Shown piece by piece: positions 35,404-47,644 of a DNA stretch of 64,000 bases. The stretch covers positions 558,001 to 622,000 of the forward strand of contig BCGN01000005.1 in the NCBI GenBank assembly GCA_001599295.1, read 5' to 3'. The DNA comes from Sporopachydermia quercuum. Lineage: Eukaryota. The notes below the pieces were generated by a model. That model saw only the letters and a list, made by a program, of their open reading frames with translations. It had not been told where the DNA came from and searched no databases. Positions within the stretch are counted from its first letter, which is position 1; the number at the start of each line of letters is the position of its first letter. The translations under genes and the position numbers were made by a program.

Positions 35404-37956
35404 TTACTCTTCCTGTTTTACAGCTTCAATCTTAGCTTCTCCTGCACTTGTTGGCTCTTCTGCTGGCTCTTCTACACCTTCGGTAATTTCACCAGCTTCC
35501 TCCGTTTCTTGAACTTCTGGTTCTTCCTCTAAATCAGACTCATAGTCGGAATCATTATTCTCTTCTCCAGAAGGTCCCAACTCATGTTCCTCTTTCTTAC
35601 CTTCTAAACCTTTCTGCAAAAGCTCTTCCTCAGCTAACGATGAAGAATCAGGTGGTAAAATAGGTTGATCGATCTTAGACTTTCCTTTTGAATCAATCGC
35701 AGTACTTGCAGCAGCCCCTGCGCCACCTCCCACTGCAGCTCCTGCAGCAGCAGATTTGATAGCACTAACACTAAATAGCTTACTGATTCTCTTTAACCCA
35801 CTACTCATACCACGTTTACGTGTCTTAACTCGTTCTGAGCTAGTTGGAGGAATAACAGCAGCATCTACTTTTGATTCCGAGGATTCAGATTCTTGTTTGT
35901 TTTCAGCCTCTTCAGGCTCGTTTTCTTTTGCAATTGAGGCTTTAGCTGCTTCAATTCCTTCAGGGTCTTCATCCATCTCAGCTAGCTTTCTTTCTATCTC
36001 TTCTTCTTCTGCTGCTTTGCCTTGAAGTTCTTCTTCAAAGCTCACCAACTTTTGTTCAGATTCCCTTAAATTATCTTCTAACTCAGCGGCCTTCGCTTCT
36101 TCTCCATCAAGCGTCAACTTTACTTCTTCATGTTTACCTTGTAAGCCTTCATACTCTGCCTTAAGATTGGCATGATTGTCAACCAAGTCTGCGTGATTCT
36201 TCTTCAGCTCTTCAATATGGGCAACCAAATCAGCATATTCTTGAGTATTTTGCATATCTTTGTTTTTCAGATCTTCAAGCTCATTTTGAGAAGACTCTAA
36301 AGCTATCTTAGCCAAATCTTCTGACTTTTGAGCCGCTGCCAACTTTTCTTCTTCTTGATTAATAAGTAAACGGGCATGTTCTTCCTCTGCCTGAGCATGC
36401 TTAACCAAAAGCTGCTGATCAGCCAAAACAGTTTGATTGGCCACAATAGCATTCTGTAAACCAAGTCTGGTGGTCTTCACGTGAGTATCGCGTTCGGCCT
36501 TCANCTTATCCACTTCGGACTTCTTTTGTGCTTTCTCAAGTTCAAGGGTCTTAAGTTTCTCCATCTTCTGAACATTATAAACTTTCTTACGTTCAAGTTC
36601 ATCAAGTTCCAGTTGTGCCTGTTGTTCAAGTAAAATTCTCTTTTCCTCAACCTTTTCAATTCTCAATCTTTCCTTTTCGAGGTTGAACTTTCTCTTTTCT
36701 TCTGCTCTTTCTTCTTGTTTAAGACGTTTCTCTTCTTCCCGCTTTGCAAATTCAGATCGTTTGAAATCTTCATGTTCCTTTCTGGCAGCTTCTTCAGCAG
36801 CTCTCTTCATTTCATCAGCTTCACGTTGAGCAGCAGCTTTGATGTTGATTTCATCCAATACAGGATTCACAAACCTTCTGGAAATAGCATCAACTTCAAC
36901 TGGATCAATAAACAACCCACCACCAAGATCAATCTTTCCTTTATTAACATTGCGTGCTTCCGCATTCTTTTGAGCAACTTGGTATGCTTTTAAGTTAAAC
37001 TCAGGNTTAGCAAATATGTTCTGTTCTCCAACAGATTTTGCAATTGAGGCCAAAGTTGAATCAGCTCTTTGCTTTGCAATATCCAAAACTCTTGGATCCA
37101 TCAACAATGAACGTTGTCTTTCTAAATCTTTAATATGAGCATCGATTTCTGACTCCTCTGTTGATGCTGCATGCTGAGATGCCATTGCACCAGAAGATGC
37201 CAAAGAAAAATCAACGTCGGCATTAGTGTTCTTGGTACTATGAGTGGTGATTCCAGGTGGTACACCACTGTATAAAGCATCCAGCTTCTTTAGAGCGTTT
37301 TGCCTTGCGACCTCTTGAATTCTCAATAGATCTTTTCCGGTTAAAGTTTTGGCGTACTCATTGAGAGATGGTGTAAGAGCTAGAACTCTATCCTTTTCGT
37401 ATTTTTGATTCATAGCTTGAATAGAAACCTTTTGAACGACATCTCCGCCTGTTCTAATATTATTAGCGCGAACGTCAGCAAAATCATAAGACGCTTGAAG
37501 TTTTGAACGTGCTAATTCACTTGCTGCGGCTTGACTTGCCATCATACTTGAAGCAGCTGAAGAACCAAGTTTAGGATCGGTTGTGGGATCAGTTCTTGAT
37601 GGTACCTCTCTTAGTCTTGGTGCTATACCTCTGGATCTAACAGCTGATGCAGCCATTCCAATGTCGGTTTGCGATGATGCTGCTGACTTAGCTGAAGTAA
37701 TAGATGAAGCACGAAGCGAGGGTGCACGCAGAGCTGAGGTAGCAGCTTCATTTGCTTCTTCATGACCAGGATTCTTCCATAATCTTACTTCTAAATCCCT
37801 GTTTGTAGCAATTGTTGCGGCTTGAAGCATATCACTATTGGTTAGTGAAACACCAACACTTGGTGTAGCTGGAGAATAATATTGACCATATTTCAATCGT
37901 TGCTGGTACTGAGCAGCTGCTGACAATGGTTTACCTTCTTGTTGATACACTGACAT
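35404..37956 (-). CDS. EIS1: Eisosome protein Eis1
   Basis: N-terminal VYQQEGKPLS...RLKYGQYYSPA and central KIDLGGGLFI...VNPVLDEINIKA match recalled Eis1 motifs, followed by a long coiled coil. Confidence 0.85.
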   Translation of the reverse strand: MSVYQQEGKPLSAAAQYQQRLKYGQYYSPATPSVGVSLTNSDMLQAATIATNRDLEVRLWKNPGHEEANEAATSALRAPSLRASSITSAKSAASSQTDIGMAASAVRSRGIAPRLREVPSRTDPTTDPKLGSSAASSMMASQAAASELARSKLQASYDFADVRANNIRTGGDVVQKVSIQAMNQKYEKDRVLALTPSLNEYAKTLTGKDLLRIQEVARQNALKKLDALYSGVPPGITTHSTKNTNADVDFSLASSGAMASQHAASTEESEIDAHIKDLERQRSLLMDPRVLDIAKQRADSTLASIAKSVGEQNIFAXPEFNLKAYQVAQKNAEARNVNKGKIDLGGGLFIDPVEVDAISRRFVNPVLDEINIKAAAQREADEMKRAAEEAARKEHEDFKRSEFAKREEEKRLKQEERAEEKRKFNLEKERLRIEKVEEKRILLEQQAQLELDELERKKVYNVQKMEKLKTLELEKAQKKSEVDKXKAERDTHVKTTRLGLQNAIVANQTVLADQQLLVKHAQAEEEHARLLINQEEEKLAAAQKSEDLAKIALESSQNELEDLKNKDMQNTQEYADLVAHIEELKKNHADLVDNHANLKAEYEGLQGKHEEVKLTLDGEEAKAAELEDNLRESEQKLVSFEEELQGKAAEEEEIERKLAEMDEDPEGIEAAKASIAKENEPEEAENKQESESSESKVDAAVIPPTSSERVKTRKRGMSSGLKRISKLFSVSAIKSAAAGAAVGGGAGAAASTAIDSKGKSKIDQPILPPDSSSLAEEELLQKGLEGKKEEHELGPSGEENNDSDYESDLEEEPEVQETEEAGEITEGVEEPAEEPTSAGEAKIEAVKQEE

Positions 37957-40023
37957 AATTTCTTGATTATTTTACTCTTTCGTTTATATTCCTTTCAAAC
38001 TTGAATTATTCAACAAGCACTTGTATTCTTTCAATTCATATCAGTAAGAGTCGTTTTATATTCTCTCTTTGGAATGGAGTAGAATTCAATTGTCACTGAA
38101 GAAACGTTGATAATTCCAATTGATGTTAAACTGACAGACTTTCAACCGTATATTCCAATTTCTTTGTTCCAACTGTTTAAATTACTATCAAACTTCTTTT
38201 ATCAATGTTCTTTCCTTCTATTTTGCCAAACTAATGATTTATTTGTCCTCTTCCTTCCCAACTATTCATTTGTCTCCACCTAATCACAAGGAAGACAACA
38301 AGGCTCAATTCGAGGAGGCCCAAGTAGAACTCCATTTTGATAACAGTACATTATTCATTTCACAGTGAAAAAATGATGAATGGTGACTACGGATTGAAAT
38401 AAAACCCAATTTGGAATATGTACGTAAGGAGTAAGGTAATGGTCAAAAGCCACGAAATGATGATTAGATTCATCTACAATAACAATGGGATTAGGCAATA
38501 ATGATATAAGGGATAGTATTGTCGATATATGAAACAAGAATGATGATTGGCATAATCTTTTGGTAAAGAAGAGGGGAGCAAAATTTTGCTTTAGGTGTGA
38601 GAAGAAGGTTTGCGGAGGTCGAGTTTTGGTAATAGTATATTGGGAAGATGAAGACTCTTCTTAGTTGAGATGAGTGATTGATATCGATAGATGGTGTTGT
38701 TTCCTGCTCATATGATATGTATATCGGATGTCTTAGATAGTTCATAATGGGATTGCATAATTCAAAATATAAATGCAGATACATTCATTGATAAGTGATT
38801 TAAAGAAAAAAGTGAAGACCACTAGGAATGAATCCACATCGTTGAGAGGCGGCTTCATAATTGAATAAATTTGATGATAACTACTGATAGATGAGGCAAC
38901 CGTATCTAGAAAGGCTTAAAAGGTTTCATTTCGTTTCAAAGAGATCCAGAAAATACACATACTAATAAATATGATTTTCAACTACTGGAAAATACCTATT
39001 TATCTCTTACTACTTTTAAATAAAAAACAGGCTGTATACATGACTTATATCAAATAAATTAAATAGATCTCGTTTAATGGTTTATTACATTAAAAGAGAG
39101 AAAGTACCCTTCCGTATGAAAACATTCATCAAAGACTGTAACAAACTTTGCAGAGACCAATGTCATCGTTTAGTAACCAACGCCCATTCAAACGAGGATT
39201 TACTCAATTCTGTCATAAACAGTAGACAAATTCTTATGAAGTTGAGACAACTCTTTAACAGCACTTAACTGCTTGCGAGTAGTTCATCATNTCTTTTTTC
39301 TATTAGTAACAAGCAAACAGAACGTGAGACATTTGAGAAAAAAAGACTGGTCCTATCGATTCAATTGCAAATCATTATGAGTATAAGCTTCTTTATCCTG
39401 CATATAGTATAATCGAAAGGTAACTTCTAAAATCTTTTTCAATTGAAATGTGGCGTAAAGTACTCTTAATGGTAACTGATTTTAGAGCTTTCGATATTTT
39501 GGGAAATAAAATTCTCTATAAGGACATATTTAATGGAGAAATGACGTTGTTTTGCGTCAAGATTTATACTGCAGAAAGAAATGACGATTCTTAGTCTGAG
39601 AACAGTTGAGAGGAGATCTGATGGTCTTAATCTATCATCTCTGTAGCGTGTTAGATTTCTGGATAATCAGGGAACGAACAGTAGCAAAGAAAGTGTGTAA
39701 TGATTAGAACACATTACGTTTGCAGTTTGTATTGTTTGCCAGGAGAAACGAGTTGAGTTTAAACTATCTCAATGTAAGAATTTGCTTTGCTACACGATAA
39801 GTATATCCCGGTAGACCTTTCCTGTATACAAAAGTATGTCGCACTGAGAAATACGAAAACTGAAATACACGTGATCAACAATAAAGGGAGTAATTTGGTA
39901 AGCAGTGATAAACTATGTGTATCGAGCTCTGAGAGAAGAGCAGATTGAAAAACAACATCAACTTAATACCTTCTATCAAACTAAAAGGAGTTAACTAATA
40001 TAAACTATTAATTATAGTTTTCG

Positions 40024-41732
40024 TCAAATAGCCTTAAAGAAACAAGTCTTTGAGTTAAGATCAACTTGTTCGTTTGACTCAAAGTTTGATGCTGTTCTCC
40101 ACAGCAAGATCTTCATTAATACATCAGATATTTCATCAATTGCATCTTCCCTTTCTTCCTGAGATCGGCCTGTATAGAACTTCAATATTGGCCAGTTATG
40201 TAGCTCCCCTTCTTTACCTTCAATCTTTATTGGTAGACAGTAATTACTTCTTTTTGAGATGGGAGGTTCTTTTACACGGATATGCTTCTGATCAGGCTCC
40301 ATCTTAGCATCAATGTCATCAATCTTGACTGCCTTTTCGACTTGTCTGAACTGGTTGGTTGATTTACCACTAATTAGTTCATAAAACTCAACTATCTCGT
40401 CAGCCAATAGCTCTTCCTTACCATACAAAATCAATGTTCCATATTCAGGCATAACTTTGCTCCACATTTCAGAATCTTGTAGTAATGATGGATTATGGTA
40501 AATGTCTTCAAAAATGTCGTCGCTTTCTACGAGAGACTTATTTTCTTGATCATACTTCATATAAACAGGATGGTCTTTGGTATAATTACTGGTCTCATTT
40601 TTGACTTTGCTGGAAGATGGACTTATAGTCCCAGTGAGATATAAGGAAGCCCATTTTTTCAGAATGTTGTTTGAAATGATGTCTTCTTTTAGTCCTTCGT
40701 TTGATTTGAGCTCCACGGAGTATGGGCGATTTAAGTTAGTCCATGGTGATATAAGGATTGAAGCGGAAGGCTTTATTAGATTTTTTCCAATTAAAGCGGC
40801 ACTTGGTTTATGAATATGCAACAGTAGACCAAGTGCAAGGTTTGCACCTGACGAGTCTCCCGCCAGTACTATATGCGTTTTTTTGGTAACAGAATGAATA
40901 TCTTCTTGCTTCTCATTTATATGATACTTTTCAAGCATTCTCTGGTAGCCTCTTGATATTTGACTCAGTTGAGATGGAGCAGAGGCCAAAGGCGCAAGAA
41001 CAGGTTTCAATGCGAATATTAATGGGTTTTTGAATCCCTTGAATGTCAATGATACTAACAACTCTGTCAGAAATTCCAAGTAGAACTCGGGCGATCCCAT
41101 AGAGAAACCTGATGTGTTAGCTTATTCTAGGATCTAATTAGCATAGTATCTGGGTTTCAACGATTATGAACATACCTCCTCCGTGGATATAGCACATAAT
41201 TAGGTCATGTGTTTCATGTTTCTGACCTCTAGAGTGAGAGCCTATTGATACCCAACTAGTATCCTTCTCCTTCACGTTGAAGGATTAATTAGTTATTTAT
41301 TTTATCAGTAAAAATCGGTTATCTTCATTTATAGTGCTCTCTTACCTTACTGGATCCGAAAGTGATATCTAAGTCCCCTAGTTCTGTCCAACCGTTTCTA
41401 TATGCTCTCCAATGGAAAAACCAATTGCCAACAGTGTCTTTGAAATAAGAGTTTCCCTCAACTGACGTTGGAGCCTTCTGTTCGAAATGTTGGCGTACAC
41501 TCATCGCTGTGACATATTCATATAATGATGCTTGTTGGCAGAATCCGGTCTGTTTGTTGAATGGCTTTAGTAGTCTATTTTTTAGTACTTTGAAAGGTAC
41601 AACAAATAGAGAGAAAATAATACATGACACAAGATATCTTGAATACTCCATAATTCCTTCATGATATAATATCAACAAATGTCCCAACAAGAGAAAGGCA
41701 GATCCATCTAAATATGTATTTTCCTCAAGCAT
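40024..41732 (-). CDS. HSL-family alpha/beta hydrolase (Say1-like esterase), three exons (41732-41346, about 41269-41176, 41108-40024), about 521 aa
   Basis: Splicing joins the two ORF-track fragments through a hidden middle exon, giving LIMCYIHGGGFSMGS (oxyanion motif). Nucleophile elbow LAGDSSG, ILISPW and GELHNWP follow, and the N-terminus is hydrophobic. Confidence 0.85.
41109..41175 (-). other. Hydrolase intron 2 (67 nt, phase 1)
   Basis: GTATGT donor, GCTAAC branch and CAG acceptor. It interrupts HGG-G. Confidence 0.92.
41270..41345 (-). other. Hydrolase intron 1 (about 76 nt)
   Basis: GTAAGA donor and AACTAAT branch. The first downstream AG is an in-frame AAG; the exact acceptor is uncertain by 3-6 nt. 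Confidence 0.7.
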
Positions 41733-42552
41733 TTTGATTCCCCTCTTCTACCAAATGTCAACCAGCGTCAGTTATTTAAGGTGATATCTTCTTAACTCCT
41801 ATAATGAAGCNGTGACACTACTTATGTTGATAATCAATTCAAATCGAGTTTCTATCTTTTCAAGCTTCTTTGGTATTGGTTTCAGTCAATCTTATCATAC
41901 TGTGATTACTGTAGATATAGCAAAGCATCTCATAAAATCAAAGGGCAAGTTCAAATTATTTGCGATGTTATTGATCAGCTTTTGACACATAGCTAATNGG
42001 AGTTTTGATACAAAATTCGACAGGATGTTGTTCACAAACATTTAGTTATTGTGGCACTTTGATACAATTTTCTTGTATCAACATTCTTTGACTACAAACA
42101 CATCATACGACCTCAATAAATATACATTTATTCAGGTCGTTCAAAGAAGACTGTTATTCTGTATCATCGATCTGTTGAACAATGGTTTTGTAAATATAAT
42201 CGTAAAGATAATAGGATACTCTTTGCTTAGTATAGAATAATGCTTATAAACTATAATAGCACCCTCGTTGTGATTTGTGGGATAAACAATGCAACAATGA
42301 ACTGTAGAACTTTCGTAAAAATTATGACGAAGTAAATAAGTATAAATAACGGAGTGGTCTAGGAAATGAGAAGCAGCTTCATTTAGAGATCACTACGAAT
42401 TGCTAATCTGCAGAGCTCTCGATGAGAATCGCGAACTACAGTATCCTACAAATAAGTAAGATTACTCGTTCATAATTAGTGTTTTATTTATTTTAACATC
42501 CTTACATTTCATACCCTCATACCCTAGTATCCTAGAACCCTCAAATGCAGAT

Positions 42553-43965
42553 TTATTGAGATAGAACCTTTTTAACAACAGCGATAAACACATCAGCGTG
42601 TTTCTGTTCAAACGTCAAAGTAGGCCTCAAACGAACAGCTCTTGGGCCACAACCACCAACATTGACACCGTTCTTACGACAGTTTGATAGGAAAGTATCT
42701 CTAGCTTGTGGAGAGGAAGCATCCCAAGCAATGTAAGTTCCTCTGTTCTTTCCTCTCAAGTTCTGGATTTCATTAGGGAACTCAGTTGCTAATTCTTCAA
42801 GCTTTCCGTAAAGATAGTCACCAACTTCAGCAGTATGTTTTACTAAATCTTGGGTGACAATCTCTTGGTAAATAGCTCTGGAAATGATAGCCTTGGTTGG
42901 GTCACCACACCAAGTGTTGAATTGACGATAAGGAAGATTGGGTTGCAGTTCGGGGTTACCATAAAAGTAACCAGCGCTTTGGAACTTCTTAGAGAAAGTG
43001 ACTAGGTCAGGAGGAGAAGTCAAATTCCAGTGCTCGTGCGCCCAGAACTTACCAGTAGCGCCAACACCTGTTTGGACTTCATCAACAATCATAAGAATGT
43101 CGTGCTTCTTGGTGAGATCTCTCAAGCCTTGATAGAAAGCAGCAGATGCATGATTGTCACCACCTTCGGACTGAATAGGTTCAATGATAATGGCAGCAAT
43201 TGGGCATTTCCAAGTCTTGAAAATCTCTTCAACTTCAATCAAGCGTTTGGCTTCTTCTTCAGTATTCTCCTTTTCGTATTTCTCTAAAGGATACTTGATA
43301 TAAGGATAAGTTGCTTTAGGCCAGTCAAATTGGGGAATATCTAACTTGTGAATAGCTTTGGATCTAGTTGCCGATAAAGATGCAAACAAACGTCCGTGNA
43401 AGGACCTAGAGAAAGACAAAATAGCCATTTCAGGAGAGCCAGGAGCATGGTTTTCCATACTTGAGGATTCTTCTTCTGGAGAGAAAGGAGTGTTGTAACC
43501 TCTCTTCTTGGCTTGATGATAAATGAAACAAGCTTTGAAAGCTAATTCATTAGCATCTGATCCTGAAAGAGCGCACCATAGCTTATCTAATCCTGGGGGA
43601 TGAGAAGCTAGAAGGCCCTCCTTGATGATATCTGCATAATCGCTAGAAGGAAAATTACCAAGAGCCGGTCTTTGAATCAATGCGCTGACCATAGCGTCAG
43701 ATCTTGCGGCTTCGACAAGCTGAGGGTTGTTGTATCCTAAAGCAATTGAGGCAATCTGTGCATATACATCAAGATAATAGTTTCCATCAACATCGGCAAT
43801 GTAATTACCAATTGACTTGTAGTAATCTGCAACAAAATAAGCAGCCCTAGCATCAAAGACTTCTGACAGCTTAGCCAAAGCCTTTTGATTCTCAGGACCC
43901 TTAGGCTCGGTCTTCAAAACAGGTGCTTCTGGCTCATTGGGATAATAGTAAGATGCGACACCCAT
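42553..43965 (-). CDS. UGA1: 4-aminobutyrate (GABA) aminotransferase
   Basis: LDVYAQIASIALGYNNP, EPIQSEGGDNHAS, VDEVQTGVGATG, PLP lysine in VTFSKK and YRQFNTWCGDP. Confidence 0.97.
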   Translation of the reverse strand: MGVASYYYPNEPEAPVLKTEPKGPENQKALAKLSEVFDARAAYFVADYYKSIGNYIADVDGNYYLDVYAQIASIALGYNNPQLVEAARSDAMVSALIQRPALGNFPSSDYADIIKEGLLASHPPGLDKLWCALSGSDANELAFKACFIYHQAKKRGYNTPFSPEEESSSMENHAPGSPEMAILSFSRSXHGRLFASLSATRSKAIHKLDIPQFDWPKATYPYIKYPLEKYEKENTEEEAKRLIEVEEIFKTWKCPIAAIIIEPIQSEGGDNHASAAFYQGLRDLTKKHDILMIVDEVQTGVGATGKFWAHEHWNLTSPPDLVTFSKKFQSAGYFYGNPELQPNLPYRQFNTWCGDPTKAIISRAIYQEIVTQDLVKHTAEVGDYLYGKLEELATEFPNEIQNLRGKNRGTYIAWDASSPQARDTFLSNCRKNGVNVGGCGPRAVRLRPTLTFEQKHADVFIAVVKKVLSQ

Positions 43966-46900
43966 TTCAATAAATTATGCTTAACAATTGGTTGTAGTAA
44001 TGAGGTTGGTGTTGATTTTATAAATTGTTGAAACGCCTTCTGCCTTTCTGCTCAGCAAAATTCAAATTAAGAACCTTGGGTAACTGTTTTGCACTACAGT
44101 AAGGGATCCCTCCTTAATTTATAGTCTTGATTCTTCCATACAAGTCATATTTTCTTCTTCCTGTCTTCGAATCTATCTAAACTGACTCTCAATTTGGAGT
44201 ACTGAGATCAACTTTATACTTTTACTTTTTTCTTACGTACAAACTATAAATGAGCTCAAGGTCTTATAGTAACTGTAATTTACATTACTATAGGTTAATG
44301 AAGTGACAAAGGTGATACTTGCCATTTCTACTTACTTTTAGGACAATCCTAAAAATAATGTTCATGCGACTGAGGAGACGTGAGATTGATCATTTGAGTA
44401 ATACTATGTGGCATGTAATAAGGCTCTCAAATGATAGAAATACCTTAAAAGATTGATTATTTGATGGACACGTTGATCCAGTTGATTCAATAGTGAAGGA
44501 GGGAATAAGGGACCAAATAACTTGTCGTTACTGTTTGAAATTGAAAAAGGGCTCTGAATAAGCGTCAACTATATATCCATCAAAGGAAGCCTTTATGACT
44601 GAAAAATTAAGAATTTGCGATAGCGGTACATTATAACAAATGTATACGTAGCGTACCTTTTCCGCTTAAATTCAAAATTGTCCTTCACATTCTGTCATAA
44701 TGGATTCTTAACGACTGGCGATAAAATTTCGTAGTGGATTGTAAGTTAGTCACCACTTTATTGTTCTCAATCTCATTGCTGACAAACTGCCGAGACGCTA
44801 TTCTCTCAATAATGGGGATCATCAACTATGTTTGCTACATGTTTACTATACCTAAAGGAATCTCAGTAGTNCCACCCTTCTACATTTTAACTTGAGAGTT
44901 AGCTAGAGGGAAACAATCCAAATTTCCTACAAATGGTTGATCACATCATATCCTTCCTCTTGGAGCCATATATTTATCATGCATATTGCAATTGTATTTA
45001 AGTATCTGGCTGTCAATAGCTCAGAGAGAAAAATACTTTAAATGCACCTTCTCGTGTCTTCTTCCCCATCTTACCTTCCTAATCCTTCTATTGATGAAAA
45101 TTATACCAAAGAATGATACTCAGTTTGACTTTTCCATTTTAGGAAATCCCGACATTGTTTTACAAACTTCAGAAGGTCGTTTCGTTGAATGTACATAATC
45201 GGTTGTTCTTGATTAGGAAATTGCGATGTCAATGAGAAGATATTTCATTTATGGATCCAACTGTCATTAAGATCTCTTTGGATCTTTCGAATCTGACGAG
45301 ACGAAACTCAGTCTACTAATGAATCTGAGCAACAAATTCTTTGACTAGGGATTTGGAGTTTGAGATTAATAATGTTGCCAAAGTGGAGAACTTAATCAGT
45401 ATCAGTCTTGAATCTCAAATAATTCGTAAAATACAGATTCTGTATCAATTTCAAGTCACGACAGAATGATAATCAACAATAACGTGGAAAATTGTAGGAT
45501 TGTTAAACAGTATAACAAGTCAAGGAGAGGAAATACCTGTTAAATTATTTGTCATATGAATTACCTTTTGCTAGATGTCGCCGAATGTCGCCGATACGAT
45601 GGAATCGGTAGTAAAAATTTCGTCTGAAGTTTCCTTTTGAGATCGAAAAAGAAATACTTCATTTCAGCTTCCCTTTATAGTATTTGCTTGCGAGAACGGT
45701 TGTTACTTTTGAGTTTTATCTTGCAAATTTGTTCAACCTTCTCTTTCTCTTTCAGATAAGTGAAAATATATATGGTGCTTCATCGAGGTTCGAAAATTTA
45801 GTGGAAATAGAAACTATTGCAAAATTGAAATTATTCTTTCATTCTTACTTTGCTCATCCTCCAATTAGTTTCTCTACCTTATTTGTTTGTTTTGGATGTA
45901 CCACGACTAATGTTGTATATCCATCCAGTCATATCCCTACGGTATCAATCAGTGTAGTATACAACAGCAATACACAGACAGCACTTGATAACGGTGTTAC
46001 TTTTTTTTCCCTTTTATTGCGCTCAGAATAGATAATTGTTGATTTTATAATCAATTCATCTTTTATCATTAATACATCCCATCTAATGAACATTCTTGAA
46101 CTTGGTACGATGTTTTCTCACTCCAATTGATAAAATCAACATTAAATCAACATTAATATTTCCCCGAAACTCAGTTCATCTTTTAGTTCTTTTGTTCGTC
46201 GTAACATCTTCATTCATAGTGCTATTTTGTATTCCAGGTTTTCATACCCGCATTGTCTTTCATTCAAATTCGGCAAGTATATCATTTGATTTCTCTTCCT
46301 AAGTTTTCCATAATATTTCCGCTGTTCTTGCATTTTCATGTTCCATGAGCCTCATCAATCACCTTCTCGTCCGTTGCACGAACAATGAAGGATGTACATA
46401 GAGTAAGTGTGCATATTGTTCCAGGAAGTTGAATACCCAATCTGTAATAAGTTTTATGGTTATCTTCTTAATTTGGTGACAGTTGCCAAGAGTGTTATAT
46501 GCTTACTTCAAGGGGCAGACTTTAAACTTCAGAAGAAGATGAGTATGCCAGCGCAGTTCCCATCAATTATGCAATCAAAAACTAGATATAAATATTGATA
46601 TTTTCCTAGATATATAGTACCTATTTAACTATTGATTTTAATTTATTTTTTCTAAAACTTTCAGTGAATTTGAAAGAGAAAAAAAATTCTTCTGAAGAAA
46701 GAAGTAATTAGTTGTGTTTCTGCTGCATCCTGGAAAAAGACTGTTCAACCTTATACCCTGTCTAGTCTAGTTATCTCCGACATTGGTCGGCAACTCCAAT
46801 GTTCAAATTCACACTGCGAAGTATTGATTATTTACATGAATGTTGAATTCATACACTTTTACTATTTGAGAACTCGTTTTTCTACCAGAACAAGCTACTC

Positions 46901-47644
46901 TCTTGTGCCTCATTTCCTATCAACAAGAACACTTTTACAGAAGAATACAAATGAAATTAAGCTTTAGCTGCTATGCAGTTCATTGCAGGAACATCCACCT
47001 CTACTATAACTTCCAAACAAATACACATAAATGAAAAGCAAGGTGAAAACTATTGTGAAAATTTCCATTATAATCAAAGAATCACATCTTCTGAACTAAT
47101 ACTTGTTCTGTTCTAGTAAAATTGTTATTAATCTGTTTTCTATTTGATCTTCTGTCTTGCAAGCTTTCCGGTTTACACCATTTGTTGCATGTATCCTTTT
47201 GTTTGAGGTTTTGGACATAGAACCAAGGATCCTTTGTTTGACAAATGGAATAAGAATCAAGAGTTTTCTCGATAGCAAAATTAATAAGAGATAAACAGCG
47301 AGTTTTGATCCACGAGTAACTGACAATTACCTCACTTGTCTATTCTGCAATATTGACTCTATAGGTTATATATAGAGGAGACAGAATAGTGGACTAGACC
47401 AGTTTAACTTCAACTTGAAGCACGGAACAAATTGCATTATCTGATTCACATCGGTTACCAAGCATTCATCAGATCAAGACATTGACTATTGGGCTGAAAG
47501 GTCAAGGAATTCAGATATCTACGTCCCTGAACTTCTCTTGAAGCTTTCAATCGTTCAATTAATTCCCGAACTTCAAGATCTCTTCAGTTTAAAAAGAGAA
47601 TCGTCGAGAATTCACACCTTATCAGTATCTTCCGCTATACCAAA

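Noticed and set aside
19389..37956. MARVEL protein and EIS1 as an eisosome gene cluster
   Set aside because: They are 15 kb apart with unrelated genes between them, and Nce102 orthology of the MARVEL protein is not established.
45293..45313. CTGACGA-GAC-GAAAC-TCA-GTC resembles a minimal hammerhead ribozyme core
   Set aside because: Stem II is essentially absent and the flanks cannot form stem I.
46762..46812. tRNA-like layout (TAGTCTAG, CCGAC-ATTG-GTCGG hairpin, GTTCAAAT)
   Set aside because: The loop is only 4 nt, and there is no T-stem or acceptor stem pairing. At most an unrecognisable relic.
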